Of a stretch of 37,940 nucleotides of DNA, positions 15,806 to 26,513 are shown piece after piece. This DNA comes from a virus (taxonomy: Duplodnaviria; Caudoviricetes). The notes beneath the pieces were generated by a model that saw only the letters and a program-made list of their open reading frames with translations, did no database searches and was not told the origin of the DNA. A program made the position numbers and the translations under genes. Every line of letters begins with the position of its first letter. The stretch's first letter is position 1. The stretch covers positions 1 through 37,940 of the IMG/VR virus record IMGVR_UViG_3300032235_000795, one strand, 5' to 3'.

Positions 15806-16179
15806 TAGATTACCGCCACCAGATTCACTGTAACGCTGCTACGGCCGGGTCTCACTGAGCGGATTTGTGGCTCGCTTTCGTAGCGCCACTTTGTGCCAGG
15901 CGGCGCATCCAAAGTTGCCGCGCTGCCGTTCCAACCGTTTCGTGTGGCAGAGGGAAGCGTGAAAGTACGAAGTGTGCCGATATTTAAGTTGAAGTCGTCG
16001 ATAAAGAGCTGGGCGTTTGCGTCAGTTACGTTTTCGTAGCTAAGGCCGAGCTTGGCGTTGGTACGTTGAGATCCGTACAAAATTCGGATCTCGGCGCCGG
16101 ATTGTGAGTTGTAATTTTTGATAGGCCATGCACCAGGGCTGAACTCGCGGCTGGTTGGCGTCAGTGTCGGAAAAGCCAT
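15805..16179 (-). CDS. Distal tail protein (Dit/gpM-like)
   Basis: FPTLTPTSR..SQSGAE.R..L.LSYENV..F.LP..KWRY..P pattern. Confidence 0.65.
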   Translation of the reverse strand: MAFPTLTPTSREFSPGAWPIKNYNSQSGAEIRILYGSQRTNAKLGLSYENVTDANAQLFIDDFNLNIGTLRTFTLPSATRNGWNGSAATLDAPPGTKWRYESEPQIRSVRPGRSSVTVNLVAVI

Positions 16180-19100
16180 TACTCCAGCACGCGGAAATTT
16201 GCTTCAGTGAGCACGTCCTTAGCCACAATGCTAACGCCAGTGGAATCGACGGGCACTTCTACGGCGCTGATATTTACCAAGCCGTCCTCGTCCAGCGTTA
16301 GTTGCTCCACTTGGTAGACGGAGGCGCTGGTTTGAAGGCTGAGCAGGGTGAAAAGGCAGCCGCGTAGGGCGGCGTTTGTGACGGTGTTGTTCTGGATCGT
16401 GATGCGCTGCTCGGTTACAGCGCTCGTAGTGGGGTTGTAGATCAGGGCGTCGTAACTGCCGTTTGCAATGGAGGTGACGCTGACCAGGGTCCCAGCGTCA
16501 GTGATGCCGCCGTTGTTGGTGGCGCTGTAGGTGGTGGCTTCGGTGATGACGCGGATGTAGGAACCGGGTTGGATGCCGAGAGCATCGGGTACGGTCTTGA
16601 AGCTGACGGTGTGAGTGACGCGGCGGCGGATGCTCAGCAGGAACCGTGCGGTCTTCAGTGCTTGGGCGCGGTTGGTGCAGAAGTCAGTTAGGTCAAAGGT
16701 TTGCTGGGTCGTGGAGCGGTTGCCTTCGGGGATGTCGGCCCAGTCGACCAAAGCGGAGGCTTGTGTCGGCAGATCGTTTTCGACGGTGACGCGCCAGGTA
16801 ACCAAGGCGCGGAAGTTGGCGCGTTGGGCGGCGTCGATGTACTGGACTTGCAGGCTGTCTTGGATGATGTTGCCCGAGGTGAAGATCTGCTCGATAGCGA
16901 TGGGCGTGGTGCTGATCTGGTAGCTGCTGTCGTAAGGCAGCGCCGGCATCATGCCGAATCGGCCGTTTTTGATGGTGAAGTTACAGAGCTGAAGCGCTGC
17001 GTTGTCGTAAAGGAACGAGCGCAGGCTGTCGCTGTCTTCCACCACGCCATCGAAGAAGATCTTGTTGGCGCGTAGGTATTGGGCGGTTGTGGTGAGTGAC
17101 TCGACGTCGATCAGCTCTGTGGGTACGACGTTGCCGACACCTTGGCTTTTGCTGGTCAGCAGGTAGTAGACAAGATCGGCGAAAAGGTTGCTGGGTCTGT
17201 TGTCGCGCTCGATCAAGCGGTACACGCTGATGCCGGTTGGGACCCAAGCGCGGATTTGACCGATGCCGCCCAGTTGACCGCTGGATTTAACAGTAAATCC
17301 CAGTGTGGACATGCCGTAATACTCGGCGAGTGTTTCGTTGGAAAGGCACTCGTTGACGTAAACGATCTGATGCTCTGGCCCGCTTTCGTTTGATTTGGTC
17401 AGCTCCAGGTAGTGACTGCAGTCTGAAACCTGTGAAGCTTCTTCAAAGACGCGCTCAGCGCTGCTGACTGTGGAGCTGTCGACTGTGGATACGGCTTGAA
17501 CAGCAGTAACAGCAAAGGCAACGTTGACTGCCGAGTAGCCGCCTACTTTTGAAAAATCGTTATCAACATTTACAACTACTGTAAATCCGTGCGATGTATT
17601 CCATGTTCCGTTCGCGGACTTTACCGTGAAAGACACGCCGCTCCATATATACGTGCTTCCTTTGTTTGTAGTTAGGTATACATTTCCAATAGTAGAGCCC
17701 AGTACGCCGGCTACGGACGTAGCTTTGACAGTAAACACAATTTGCCCGACGTTGGGCTTGTCGAATGTTATGTCAGCACTGTTTTCTTTACCCGCATTGT
17801 CACGTGCATAGCCCAGTACAGCAGTGAGCCACGCATTAGTAATCTGTTGTACGCTGCCATTGCTGGATGTGGTGTCGTACTGCGATAGTGCTGATGGAAT
17901 AGTTGTTTGAGTGGTGGTTACGCTGCTGCCCTCTTGCGGGTCCGTTACGAGTTCGTCGTTCAAACGAATGTCAGCAATAGATATGACATCACCGTTTGTC
18001 GTTACGCGGAAAGCACCGTAATCTGTTGCATAGTCTCGACCAAATTCAGCTCCGGTGTTTGCGTTAAGCCGGACGACTTGATTCGTGTCGATACTATTGA
18101 TTGCGATATCTGATCCTGTACGCGGAATAAAGCGGTACTCGTAGTATCCAATTTGCTTAGGACGAATGCGGATGTAGTTGTACTGATCGACTGGTGCATT
18201 ACCAGTAACGCAGAAAACTTGCGGCATTCTGCGCCAAGGCTGCTGGGCTTGACCGTACACCTGAACAGGACGCACCCAAATAGAGAAACACGATGTGCGC
18301 TCGAAGTACTTATCCATTCGAGGCGTTGTAAGCGTTATGTCCTGCTTGTCGAGCTGATGCAGCTTAAAAGGAGTAGGAATTGCGTTGAAGTTGCATAGGC
18401 CGTTGGCGCGGTTCCAGACTTGGCTGCGGAGTCCAATTTCGATGACTTGGGCATCACGTCGCACGGGACGGATGCTTGCCATATGCAGACGGCAGATGTT
18501 GAAGAAAGCTGCGCCGCAGTGCTTATTGGGGTTGAAAAGGCTGCCTTCGTAACCGCCGAGAGGTTCGCGGACGGTGCGTGTGCCAGGGATGCCTACGGTG
18601 GCAACACCTGTAATTGCAGTGCAGCGGAATGTGATTTGCTGTGTAACACCTTTTTTCCAAGTATCAGGACTGCGACTTTCTACGACCCAAACAGAAGAGC
18701 CGATGATCCACTTGGAGCCGATTGCTAACAAATCAGATGCACGGGCTCGCCACGAATCAGCAGATGTTTTTAGATCTTTGACGTTTACTTCTGTGTCTTT
18801 GAAGTCTGATTGATTGAATTCTTTCCAGTTGGTGCCGTTGATTTCAAATACCAGCGTGTCATTTTCTGACACTGGCACGATTGTGCGGTTGTCGTAGGTT
18901 GTGCCGTTGTGGGTAACAAAACCCATGCGGCGGGAGTAGGCGCGGCCCACACCTGGCATCCCTATTTGCCCGATGTCTTCCTTCGGTTGACCTGTATATA
19001 AATGCAGAACATCAGCATCGGAACCAGCAATCTTACGGCGGCGGGCTTGAGTTTCTACGCGAGCATCTTTATTGTCCGGGCCTTCAGTTGCTGCATAAGG

Positions 19101-20030
19101 CGCCGAGATGATTTCCCAGTTGAAGCGGAAGGCCGTGCCGTTGTGGATTGGCTCGGCTGTTCCAAACGACGTATCCGCTTGCGGGGTGTACGCCATGGAA
19201 AATCCTTGGCTGAACTGTCCGTCCTCGGTGGGGGCAGTAAAAATCTGGCGGCCAACAGTGCCGCTGGCGCCACCCTGATCTGTACCAGCAATGCGCCGGC
19301 TGGGTGTAGGGCGATTTTCACCGAGCTGGGAGGACCAGTAAACAGCAAAATCGCGGTTGCCGAGGCTGTTCAGCGCTGTGGTGCCCACGCGGATGCCGCC
19401 AAGCTCAGGGGCATCACTGCCATACTCGCCAGCAACGTAGATACCTTCAAACGCTTGGTAGCTGCCGTAGCTGTAGATGCGGCTCCACACCAATGCTGGC
19501 GCAAGAATCAAACCGCCGGTCAGGGCGCCGTCAGCTCCAGTGCCCCGCTTGCCGAAGGGGATGGGAATTGGCTGGCCGTATTCAGCAAGGGCGCTGATGT
19601 TATCGAAGCTGGTGGTTTGATTGAAGCGGGTTGGGCCAATCTGATCAGCAAGCTTTTTGCCGCGAATTTTGGCGGGTGTTTCAAGGGCTGGTGCTTTTGG
19701 TGCCAGCAAAAGACTTACGGCTGTAAGCGCTAAGCCAATGGCAACATTTACCGCAATAGTTGTAGCAACTGTTTTTGCGCTGGCTGCAGCAGCAACAACA
19801 ACCGGAACCATTGCCGCATAAATTTCTGGGATATTTTCATATTCGGCAGGACGTACATACGTCCGTTGAGCTGCATGGCGAACAAATGCTTTGTACTCTT
19901 CTTCGCTGCAGCCAAGCGCTTCAATCAGCGCGATTTCATACGGTAGGAGCGGCGGATCGTAAAGCTTGCCGCCGGTTTCCAGTCCACTGCGGAGATCAAG
20001 TGGTTGATGAAGAGGACGCCACTCTGCCAT
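16179..20030 (-). CDS. Tail tip/central fibre protein (gpJ-like hub)
   Basis: 1283 aa; YGQPIPIPFG, SNLFADLVYYLL, FFDGVV, FTSGNI, VSFKT..IQPGSYI; exact start uncertain. Confidence 0.85.
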   Translation of the reverse strand: MAEWRPLHQPLDLRSGLETGGKLYDPPLLPYEIALIEALGCSEEEYKAFVRHAAQRTYVRPAEYENIPEIYAAMVPVVVAAAASAKTVATTIAVNVAIGLALTAVSLLLAPKAPALETPAKIRGKKLADQIGPTRFNQTTSFDNISALAEYGQPIPIPFGKRGTGADGALTGGLILAPALVWSRIYSYGSYQAFEGIYVAGEYGSDAPELGGIRVGTTALNSLGNRDFAVYWSSQLGENRPTPSRRIAGTDQGGASGTVGRQIFTAPTEDGQFSQGFSMAYTPQADTSFGTAEPIHNGTAFRFNWEIISAPYAATEGPDNKDARVETQARRRKIAGSDADVLHLYTGQPKEDIGQIGMPGVGRAYSRRMGFVTHNGTTYDNRTIVPVSENDTLVFEINGTNWKEFNQSDFKDTEVNVKDLKTSADSWRARASDLLAIGSKWIIGSSVWVVESRSPDTWKKGVTQQITFRCTAITGVATVGIPGTRTVREPLGGYEGSLFNPNKHCGAAFFNICRLHMASIRPVRRDAQVIEIGLRSQVWNRANGLCNFNAIPTPFKLHQLDKQDITLTTPRMDKYFERTSCFSIWVRPVQVYGQAQQPWRRMPQVFCVTGNAPVDQYNYIRIRPKQIGYYEYRFIPRTGSDIAINSIDTNQVVRLNANTGAEFGRDYATDYGAFRVTTNGDVISIADIRLNDELVTDPQEGSSVTTTQTTIPSALSQYDTTSSNGSVQQITNAWLTAVLGYARDNAGKENSADITFDKPNVGQIVFTVKATSVAGVLGSTIGNVYLTTNKGSTYIWSGVSFTVKSANGTWNTSHGFTVVVNVDNDFSKVGGYSAVNVAFAVTAVQAVSTVDSSTVSSAERVFEEASQVSDCSHYLELTKSNESGPEHQIVYVNECLSNETLAEYYGMSTLGFTVKSSGQLGGIGQIRAWVPTGISVYRLIERDNRPSNLFADLVYYLLTSKSQGVGNVVPTELIDVESLTTTAQYLRANKIFFDGVVEDSDSLRSFLYDNAALQLCNFTIKNGRFGMMPALPYDSSYQISTTPIAIEQIFTSGNIIQDSLQVQYIDAAQRANFRALVTWRVTVENDLPTQASALVDWADIPEGNRSTTQQTFDLTDFCTNRAQALKTARFLLSIRRRVTHTVSFKTVPDALGIQPGSYIRVITEATTYSATNNGGITDAGTLVSVTSIANGSYDALIYNPTTSAVTEQRITIQNNTVTNAALRGCLFTLLSLQTSASVYQVEQLTLDEDGLVNISAVEVPVDSTGVSIVAKDVLTEANFRVLE

Positions 20031-20269
20031 TGGACTCCGAATTCAGGTGGCTTGGCGCCAAACAGAATGATGTCACCATCGTAGGCGGGCACGTCTAGGG
20101 TGTCGCAGTACAGCGCCAGCTCGCGCAAGATGCCGCGTGGGCTGAGTTTGTACCAGTCGTCGGCAACGTCTGGCGGGTTTTTGCCGAGGGCTTTGAGCGC
20201 GTCGATGACGAGGTGGATGCAGTCGTCGCCTCCGTACTCGTAGCGTCGCCCGATCAGATGCTCACACAC
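19925..20269 (-). CDS. NlpC/P60-like tail assembly protein (gpK-like), possibly inactive
   Basis: LIGRRYEYGGDDCIHLV..YDGDII; no His at the expected position (EFGVQW). Confidence 0.7.
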   Translation of the reverse strand: MCEHLIGRRYEYGGDDCIHLVIDALKALGKNPPDVADDWYKLSPRGILRELALYCDTLDVPAYDGDIILFGAKPPEFGVQWQSGVLFINHLISAVDWKPAASFTIRRSYRMKSR

Positions 20270-20714
20270 TGATTTGCGCGGTGAACGGAATGCTGCCGAC
20301 TTGCCAGCGGTGCAGCCTGCGGCCGGGGATGTTGGATTGCACAGCGTCGAGCACAGAGTTCAGGCTGACTTGGATGTTGACCTCATCCCAGCCGCCGCTA
20401 GAGCAGGTGCCCCAGTAGGTGTAAAGGGTGCGCTGGACTGCTCCAGTGGAGGGTTCCCAGAGCACCGTGGTGACCTTGGCAACCCATAGGTTATCGAGGG
20501 CGTCAACAATCCACGCGCGGGTCATTTCGATGTTGGCGAACTGGAGCGTGGCATCCAAGTTGTCGCCTTGGAGGGTGGCTACCGCGCCACCGAAGCTGAA
20601 CGGCAAAAACAAGTAGCCGTCAACGTTTTGGTTGATGGCGTAGTTCTGGAAGCGAAACTGGGCGGCTTGGCCGCTGGGACCGATGTCGAGCAGGTGGCCG
20701 TAGGCGTATTCCAT
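20262..20714 (-). CDS. Minor tail protein (gpL-like)
   Basis: YLFLPFSF..L.FAN..LNSVLDAV..IPGRRL; located directly after the tape measure gene. Confidence 0.7.
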   Translation of the reverse strand: MEYAYGHLLDIGPSGQAAQFRFQNYAINQNVDGYLFLPFSFGGAVATLQGDNLDATLQFANIEMTRAWIVDALDNLWVAKVTTVLWEPSTGAVQRTLYTYWGTCSSGGWDEVNIQVSLNSVLDAVQSNIPGRRLHRWQVGSIPFTAQISV

Positions 20715-23700
20715 TACAAGCCAACTCCTCGGCGCGTCGCACTACTGTTCTTGAGGCTACGCATGGCCCGGCGTTCGCCTTGGATCGCGCCTTGTTGGGC
20801 GGCTTGCGCCATGCCGCGCTGGAACTGGTCGGCGGTGACGTAGTCCACGTTGTTGATGCGTTCGATGCTGTAGCGCACGTCGATCGGCTCCATTGTGGCC
20901 GCACCTACTGCCGCCAGCGATGCAGCGTCACCTTCTGCTGCAGCGGCTGCAGAGCCAGGAGTAGAGCGATAGCGCTTCATGGCACCATCTAAGCGAGCAG
21001 CAACGCCAAGCTTGCCATCAGCACCACGCTTGAGCGGCATGATCGCTTCAGGGCCAGCCTCACCCATTACGCCATTGCTCATGGTGCCGCCATTTGCAAA
21101 CTTGAAGAATGTCGGCTTGGTAACAATGCCTCCCATTGCGAAAGGACGAACGGAATTCGCGGGAAGATTCGCCATGCCATTCGCAAAATACCCTCCTTTT
21201 GCCAGCCCAAAATTGGGACCGGCAGCACCGAGTCCTGTAGCAGGATCAAAGTATCCCTTATCAAATGTTCCGGAAGAAGCTCCAGAAGCCAAACCAAGTG
21301 CTTTCATGATCGAACCAAGCGCGACCATGACTAACTGCTTAGCGATAATCTGAGCGGCCATTTGGATAAAAGCTTCGCCGATGCTGCGGAACATGTCGGC
21401 TAGGACCTGCTTGATGCTGGAAGAGCCGGTCACCAAGGAGCTCACCGCAGAGCCGATGGCTGTGGCGAAGGACTGCTCGACTGTCTGGGACATTGAGATA
21501 ATCACGTTTTCGTAATCCGCTAGTTCGGCTACCTCCGCTTTGAGCATGCCGATGCGCTCCTGCAGGGCTACACCAGGGGCCTCCTGGATTTCATACAGGC
21601 GCTCTAGTTTTTGAATCTGCTGATCGTACAAATTATTTGTTTCAGCAATTCGAATATTTGCTTCTTCAGTATCGGCGCCATAGATTTGTGTAGTGGCGGC
21701 TATAAGCTCAGCGCGCTCGGCTTCTTTTTCATTTATCTTCATCAGGTGGTCGATCTGCTTAGCGCCGAATCCTTCGGCGACCAGGCGAATTCTTTGCTGC
21801 TCTAGGTTGATTGACTTCTGCAGCTCTTCGTTTTGGTCGCGCAGAGGCTGCAGACTTTGGCTAATGCTCAGTTTGATCAAATTAGGCCGTAAGGCTGCGG
21901 TCTGTTGTTGGGTGTCGCGCTGCGCGGTTTGTGCAGCTTGAAGACCCAGGCGAGCGACTTCGACGTCACCAAGGTCTGTCGCGGCACGACGCTGTTGAGT
22001 GGCGATCCCGCCAGGTAGGCGGCCTTGATCCATGGCTTGACCAGGGCGGACAAAGTAGCCAGACCTGAAGTAATCCAGATCGGGATAATTGCCTGCCCTG
22101 AGGCCTCTGCTGCGTGATTGGTGGAATACGTTGTTGCCACCTGTGTACACGCCTACGTGAGGTGTATCGCCAGGACGGCCTGTAGCGACGATGTCACCTG
22201 GCTGCAGTTTGCTCCAGTCGCGCATGACAGTGCCGGCATTGCGCACCGTGTCTGCCCAGGCTGTGACACCCGGCAGCGTAATGCCAAGTGACTTATAGAA
22301 CTCCTTTACAGACTCAGAGCACTGATTAGCGATGCCGTTGAACTTAGAGGCTGCTTGCGTAGCGCGTGTAATCGTGTCGGTGTTAATGCCGACGCTTGTG
22401 GATACGCCAACTGTCTCGCCGCCCGTGGAGGTAACAGTGCGCATCTGTTGAGCGGCGGTGAACTGTTGCTGAGCGGCGCGTACTGCGGTTGCGGCTTCAC
22501 GGTTGCGGTCCTCGAGCTGTTGCAGCTCCTTGCGAAGAGCCTCGTAATCGGCAGCCATCCGACGCTGCACGCCACTTAGGCCGCTAATACGGACACGCGC
22601 CTCGAGGTCGAGCCGCTCTTGTTGCATGTCGTGGCGGCGCTTGTCAAGCTCAACTTGATGCTTGAACACCGCATCTTCCATGCGAATGCGCTGCTGCATA
22701 AGTGTTTCGTTGAGTCGCTGTTGCTGATCGGCAGCAACTTGCGCATCTTTGGCAGCCTTGTCTGCTTTGCCCTTGGCGCCATCTCCAGCGATATCCGGGA
22801 ACTGCGTTAGGGCAGGGCGAGTTGGCTGACGACCGCCCAGCGCAGTAATTCCAGCCCGATAACGAGATTGCGCAACAGCCATTTGCGCCTCATCCGCTGC
22901 AATTTGCTGAGCAAGAAATTCACGCCTTGGCTTGAATGGCGTGCTAGCCATTTCCTGTCGCGCAGCCTTAATTTTGTCAGCAAGATATTGATAGGTATCT
23001 CCTGCGGCTTGAACTTGATTTTTTAAAGTTGCATAATCAGCAGCAGAGCCACCAATTTCCTGCACCCAAGATTCACCTCTTGTTGCAGTCGCTGCTTTCT
23101 TAACTCTGTCCTGAGCTTCTTTTACTTTATTAAGCCAACTAATAACAACCTGAGCACCAGAAATTAAAACAGTAATAACAAGTGGGGCCACAAGTGATGC
23201 GGCAACAGCTTTAACTGCCGTACCGAAAGCAATAATTCGAGTCTGAGCTGCAGCCGCTTGTGCTGTGGTGGCAGTAAATCCACCCTGAAGGGCAAGGAAC
23301 AAAGCGCCGATTGGCCCCTGCATCGCCTGCAAGGCTTTCAGGGCAAGAGTGACGCCAGCAAGCTTTGCTGCAAATTCAACAACAGCACCAATTTGTGATG
23401 CATTGTTAATAATAAACTTGATCCCATCCCCGACCGCTTTGGCCGCCGCTACAAGACCTGGAGTGATATTTACGATGAAATCAGCGAAGGCTTCCTGGAA
23501 TTGCGCACCAACGGGCTGAAGCGTTTCGCCAATCGCAATCCTCATATCGTTGAATGCCACCGTCAGACGCGCGCCAGCATCCTGACTGGAATCTGCGATC
23601 TGATTTGCGGTGCCAGAGTGTTCATCACCAAGCTGCACGATGAAATTCATTAGTTTGTTCAAGCCAACCTGACCTTGCTCGAGCGCTTTTGACAGCTCAG

Positions 23701-26167
23701 GCAGTGTCATTTCGTTCGCTTGGGCAAACTTCGTAACTGCACCGGGCAAGCGCTCGCCAAGCTGACCGCTTAACTCTTCTGCGCTTACCTCGCCCTTCGA
23801 GAACACCTGCACCATTGCAGTGATTGCGCCATCAACGTCCTGTGCCGAGCCGCCGGTCGCTTTGATTGCTGCGGTGACATTCTTGAAGACCAATTCGGCA
23901 TCAGTGACCTGACCGCCTGCTCCTCTCACCGCAGCGGTCAATTTCGTCATGCCTTGAATCGCAACATCTTGCGGCACATTCAGGTTGCGCACCGCAAAAT
24001 TAGCTGCTTCAACAGCTTGGTTGAATTGATCCTGACTTCCAGCCGCATCTCGCAGTGCGATCTGCATCTTTTGGATCTGTGCTGCGTAGTCAGCAAATCC
24101 ACCAAGCTGCTGCCTCAGCATGCCAACTTGCGCACCAGCGGCAGCACCAGCAAATGCACCGCCCACGCCGCCAAACACACCGCCAACTGCGCCACCGAGG
24201 AAACCTTCGGGACCACCAAAGATGCCGCCACTCAATGCAGCGCCAGCAGCTTGAGCGACTTGCATTCCGCTCATGCGACCGCGACCACCAAGCTGACGCT
24301 TCTCAAGCTCTTTGTCGATATTTCCAATGCTACGAACAATGCGCTTTTCGGTAGCCTCAAATCCCGCCGCTAAAGGATTTAGATCCAAGCGCAACTCTTG
24401 CAATGATTGCCGGACAAGTTGCAATTCACGTGTTGTTCCTTTTCGGAACGACTCAAAATCAGGAAGATCAGCAGTTCCGGCTCCACCCCTGATTCGTGAA
24501 ATGTACTCAGAAGGCACCTCGGCGCCGCCAGGAAACATTGAAGCGGGCGTCTGACCAAGGGGAATGCGAGCAAAAGCACGCTTAACCTCTTCTGACCCGC
24601 TAGCAAAATTAATTGCTGCTTCACGAAGTTGACGCTCGGATTCCAGGAAGCCGTTTCCGGCTTTATCGAGGTCAGAATTAAATACGCTGATAATATCTGC
24701 AAGCGCCTGCTGAGGTGTCTTGCCCATTCGGGCCTGCTCTCCGGCAGCACGACGAGTCCCAATGTCCACAATCCCTTGATACAAGGGAGACAGTTCGCGT
24801 CCCTCAAGACCAAGCATGCCTTTGACTGCTGTCCGCCTTTGAAGCAGTTGATCTCGCTGCTTCAAATTTTGATCAAATAAAGCAAGCTCCTCCTCGAATC
24901 TTTGCTGCTGAGCCCTCAAGGATTGACTGTGCTGCCTATCCAAGATTTCATTTTGAGCTATCGCTCCCTTTGCCGCAATTTCAGCTTTGCTGACCTGATG
25001 GTCTTCAAATAACTTTTCAATATCAGAATACGCTTTTTCCCAGCGACTATATAAAAGTTCAATTTCGCTAACAGCGTCTTGATTGACAATCCGATTCCTG
25101 GCACGCTGCATTGCTTTTTGAGTGCCAGGATCATAAGCACCCTCTGCGCCGCGAGCGCGAACATCAGCGGAGAATGCGCCAAAACCAGATCGACCAAGAA
25201 CTTCACGCGCAGCAGAGGCCCGCTGCCTTGTGGCCATTGCGGCTAGTTCTTCCGTAGTTGTAATTTCAACAACTGTATTTTTAAGTCGACGATTAAGATC
25301 AATCAACTCAATCGTCAGCGCACGCCTGCGCTCGTATCCAGTTACGTTTGCAAGCTCCTGATTGACTTCGGAAATCCTTTGCTGCAGCCCAGCAGTCGTT
25401 TCAGGAAGTGGAAGCGCTTGTGCACGACTTTGTATAAATCGTTCAAAAAGGCCGCTCTCAAACATCTGGTTGGCAGCTCTTACCTGTTGCCTGCCAGTAG
25501 TGGTTGCTTGAACAGCGCTAACAAGATTAATTCTTTGCAGTGTTTCTAAATATTCATCACTTGTAATTTTAAGCGTATTCATAGTACGCCTTAAGGTTTC
25601 AATTTGCCTTACTTGTTTTTCTACGCTTGCGGCTGGAATTTGATTCAAGGTAAAGGCAAATGCTTGCGCTTCACTGCGAACCTTGACTAATTTTTCATCT
25701 ACTCTTTCAATATCTTTGCCAAGCTGAATAAAAGCGGCAGATCCAGGTCGTGTTTGCTGCTGAAGCCTGCCCAGGGCTTCGGCTTGCTTGCGCAATGCAT
25801 CTGCATTGCCTTGAGAAGCAGCAGTCGATCTCAGGATGGCGTCACGTTGACGATTTATTGCAGCAGTAGAGCCGCTTAATTCAATCTCAAGCTTTTTAAT
25901 ATCTTCGGTAAGTTTTATAAAAGTCGCACCATTAATTTCCGCCTGTGATTTCAGGCCACGAAATGCCTCAAGTTGACCACGAATAACTTGCTCACTTTTT
26001 CCGCTTGCTTCGCCAAAGTCAAGAATGCTTTTGCGCGCCTTTTGAATTGTTGCATCAGATGGACCAATAGACTTTTCAAGCTCGCGAAACGAACTCTTTA
26101 GCTTGTCCAGGCCCTCAGCGCCCTGGATGCCAAGCTTGACGAGAATTTCGCTTACCTGTTTAGCCAT
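20714..26167 (-). CDS. Tape measure protein with embedded NlpC/P60 domain
   Basis: 1817 aa, Ala/Gln-rich; QVFSKG.VSAEELSGQLGERLPGA tape domain; C-terminal FAMGGIV..MGEAGPEAIMPL; C...H..H NlpC/P60 motif near 22050-22340. Confidence 0.95.
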   Translation of the reverse strand: MAKQVSEILVKLGIQGAEGLDKLKSSFRELEKSIGPSDATIQKARKSILDFGEASGKSEQVIRGQLEAFRGLKSQAEINGATFIKLTEDIKKLEIELSGSTAAINRQRDAILRSTAASQGNADALRKQAEALGRLQQQTRPGSAAFIQLGKDIERVDEKLVKVRSEAQAFAFTLNQIPAASVEKQVRQIETLRRTMNTLKITSDEYLETLQRINLVSAVQATTTGRQQVRAANQMFESGLFERFIQSRAQALPLPETTAGLQQRISEVNQELANVTGYERRRALTIELIDLNRRLKNTVVEITTTEELAAMATRQRASAAREVLGRSGFGAFSADVRARGAEGAYDPGTQKAMQRARNRIVNQDAVSEIELLYSRWEKAYSDIEKLFEDHQVSKAEIAAKGAIAQNEILDRQHSQSLRAQQQRFEEELALFDQNLKQRDQLLQRRTAVKGMLGLEGRELSPLYQGIVDIGTRRAAGEQARMGKTPQQALADIISVFNSDLDKAGNGFLESERQLREAAINFASGSEEVKRAFARIPLGQTPASMFPGGAEVPSEYISRIRGGAGTADLPDFESFRKGTTRELQLVRQSLQELRLDLNPLAAGFEATEKRIVRSIGNIDKELEKRQLGGRGRMSGMQVAQAAGAALSGGIFGGPEGFLGGAVGGVFGGVGGAFAGAAAGAQVGMLRQQLGGFADYAAQIQKMQIALRDAAGSQDQFNQAVEAANFAVRNLNVPQDVAIQGMTKLTAAVRGAGGQVTDAELVFKNVTAAIKATGGSAQDVDGAITAMVQVFSKGEVSAEELSGQLGERLPGAVTKFAQANEMTLPELSKALEQGQVGLNKLMNFIVQLGDEHSGTANQIADSSQDAGARLTVAFNDMRIAIGETLQPVGAQFQEAFADFIVNITPGLVAAAKAVGDGIKFIINNASQIGAVVEFAAKLAGVTLALKALQAMQGPIGALFLALQGGFTATTAQAAAAQTRIIAFGTAVKAVAASLVAPLVITVLISGAQVVISWLNKVKEAQDRVKKAATATRGESWVQEIGGSAADYATLKNQVQAAGDTYQYLADKIKAARQEMASTPFKPRREFLAQQIAADEAQMAVAQSRYRAGITALGGRQPTRPALTQFPDIAGDGAKGKADKAAKDAQVAADQQQRLNETLMQQRIRMEDAVFKHQVELDKRRHDMQQERLDLEARVRISGLSGVQRRMAADYEALRKELQQLEDRNREAATAVRAAQQQFTAAQQMRTVTSTGGETVGVSTSVGINTDTITRATQAASKFNGIANQCSESVKEFYKSLGITLPGVTAWADTVRNAGTVMRDWSKLQPGDIVATGRPGDTPHVGVYTGGNNVFHQSRSRGLRAGNYPDLDYFRSGYFVRPGQAMDQGRLPGGIATQQRRAATDLGDVEVARLGLQAAQTAQRDTQQQTAALRPNLIKLSISQSLQPLRDQNEELQKSINLEQQRIRLVAEGFGAKQIDHLMKINEKEAERAELIAATTQIYGADTEEANIRIAETNNLYDQQIQKLERLYEIQEAPGVALQERIGMLKAEVAELADYENVIISMSQTVEQSFATAIGSAVSSLVTGSSSIKQVLADMFRSIGEAFIQMAAQIIAKQLVMVALGSIMKALGLASGASSGTFDKGYFDPATGLGAAGPNFGLAKGGYFANGMANLPANSVRPFAMGGIVTKPTFFKFANGGTMSNGVMGEAGPEAIMPLKRGADGKLGVAARLDGAMKRYRSTPGSAAAAAEGDAASLAAVGAATMEPIDVRYSIERINNVDYVTADQFQRGMAQAAQQGAIQGERRAMRSLKNSSATRRGVGL

Positions 26168-26513
26168 CCTTGTCCTTGGCCAATTCGCTTAATGCCGTAG
26201 CCTCCATGATCTGGAGGTCTTCAAGCATCTCGCGGCGATTCTCCACATTGTAGAGGTCGAACATTCCGCCGGGGCAAACGAGCACGTCATATCGCAGCCC
26301 CATATAACCCGCCATCGTGGTCGTCCATTGCGTTTGCATACGCAAGAACATCATCACCACATCCCAATTTTCCTCCCAAACCTCAAAATCATTCGATCGC
26401 TCGGCAGGTTGCTCAGGGAGGACGATGCCAAACACGGCAGCGTCCTCCTTGGTTTTGTCTTCTATTCGCTTGCCACCGCCCGCCCAATAGACGGCAGCAT
26501 CTTTTAGTTTCCC
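26160..26513 (-). CDS. Tail assembly chaperone -1 frame extension (gpT-like, DUF1799-like)
   Basis: -1 frame GKLKDAAVYWAGG..FEVWEENW..FLRMQTQW..GLRY..LQIMEATAL. Confidence 0.8.
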   Translation of the reverse strand, partial: GKLKDAAVYWAGGGKRIEDKTKEDAAVFGIVLPEQPAERSNDFEVWEENWDVVMMFLRMQTQWTTTMAGYMGLRYDVLVCPGGMFDLYNVENRREMLEDLQIMEATALSELAKDKDG

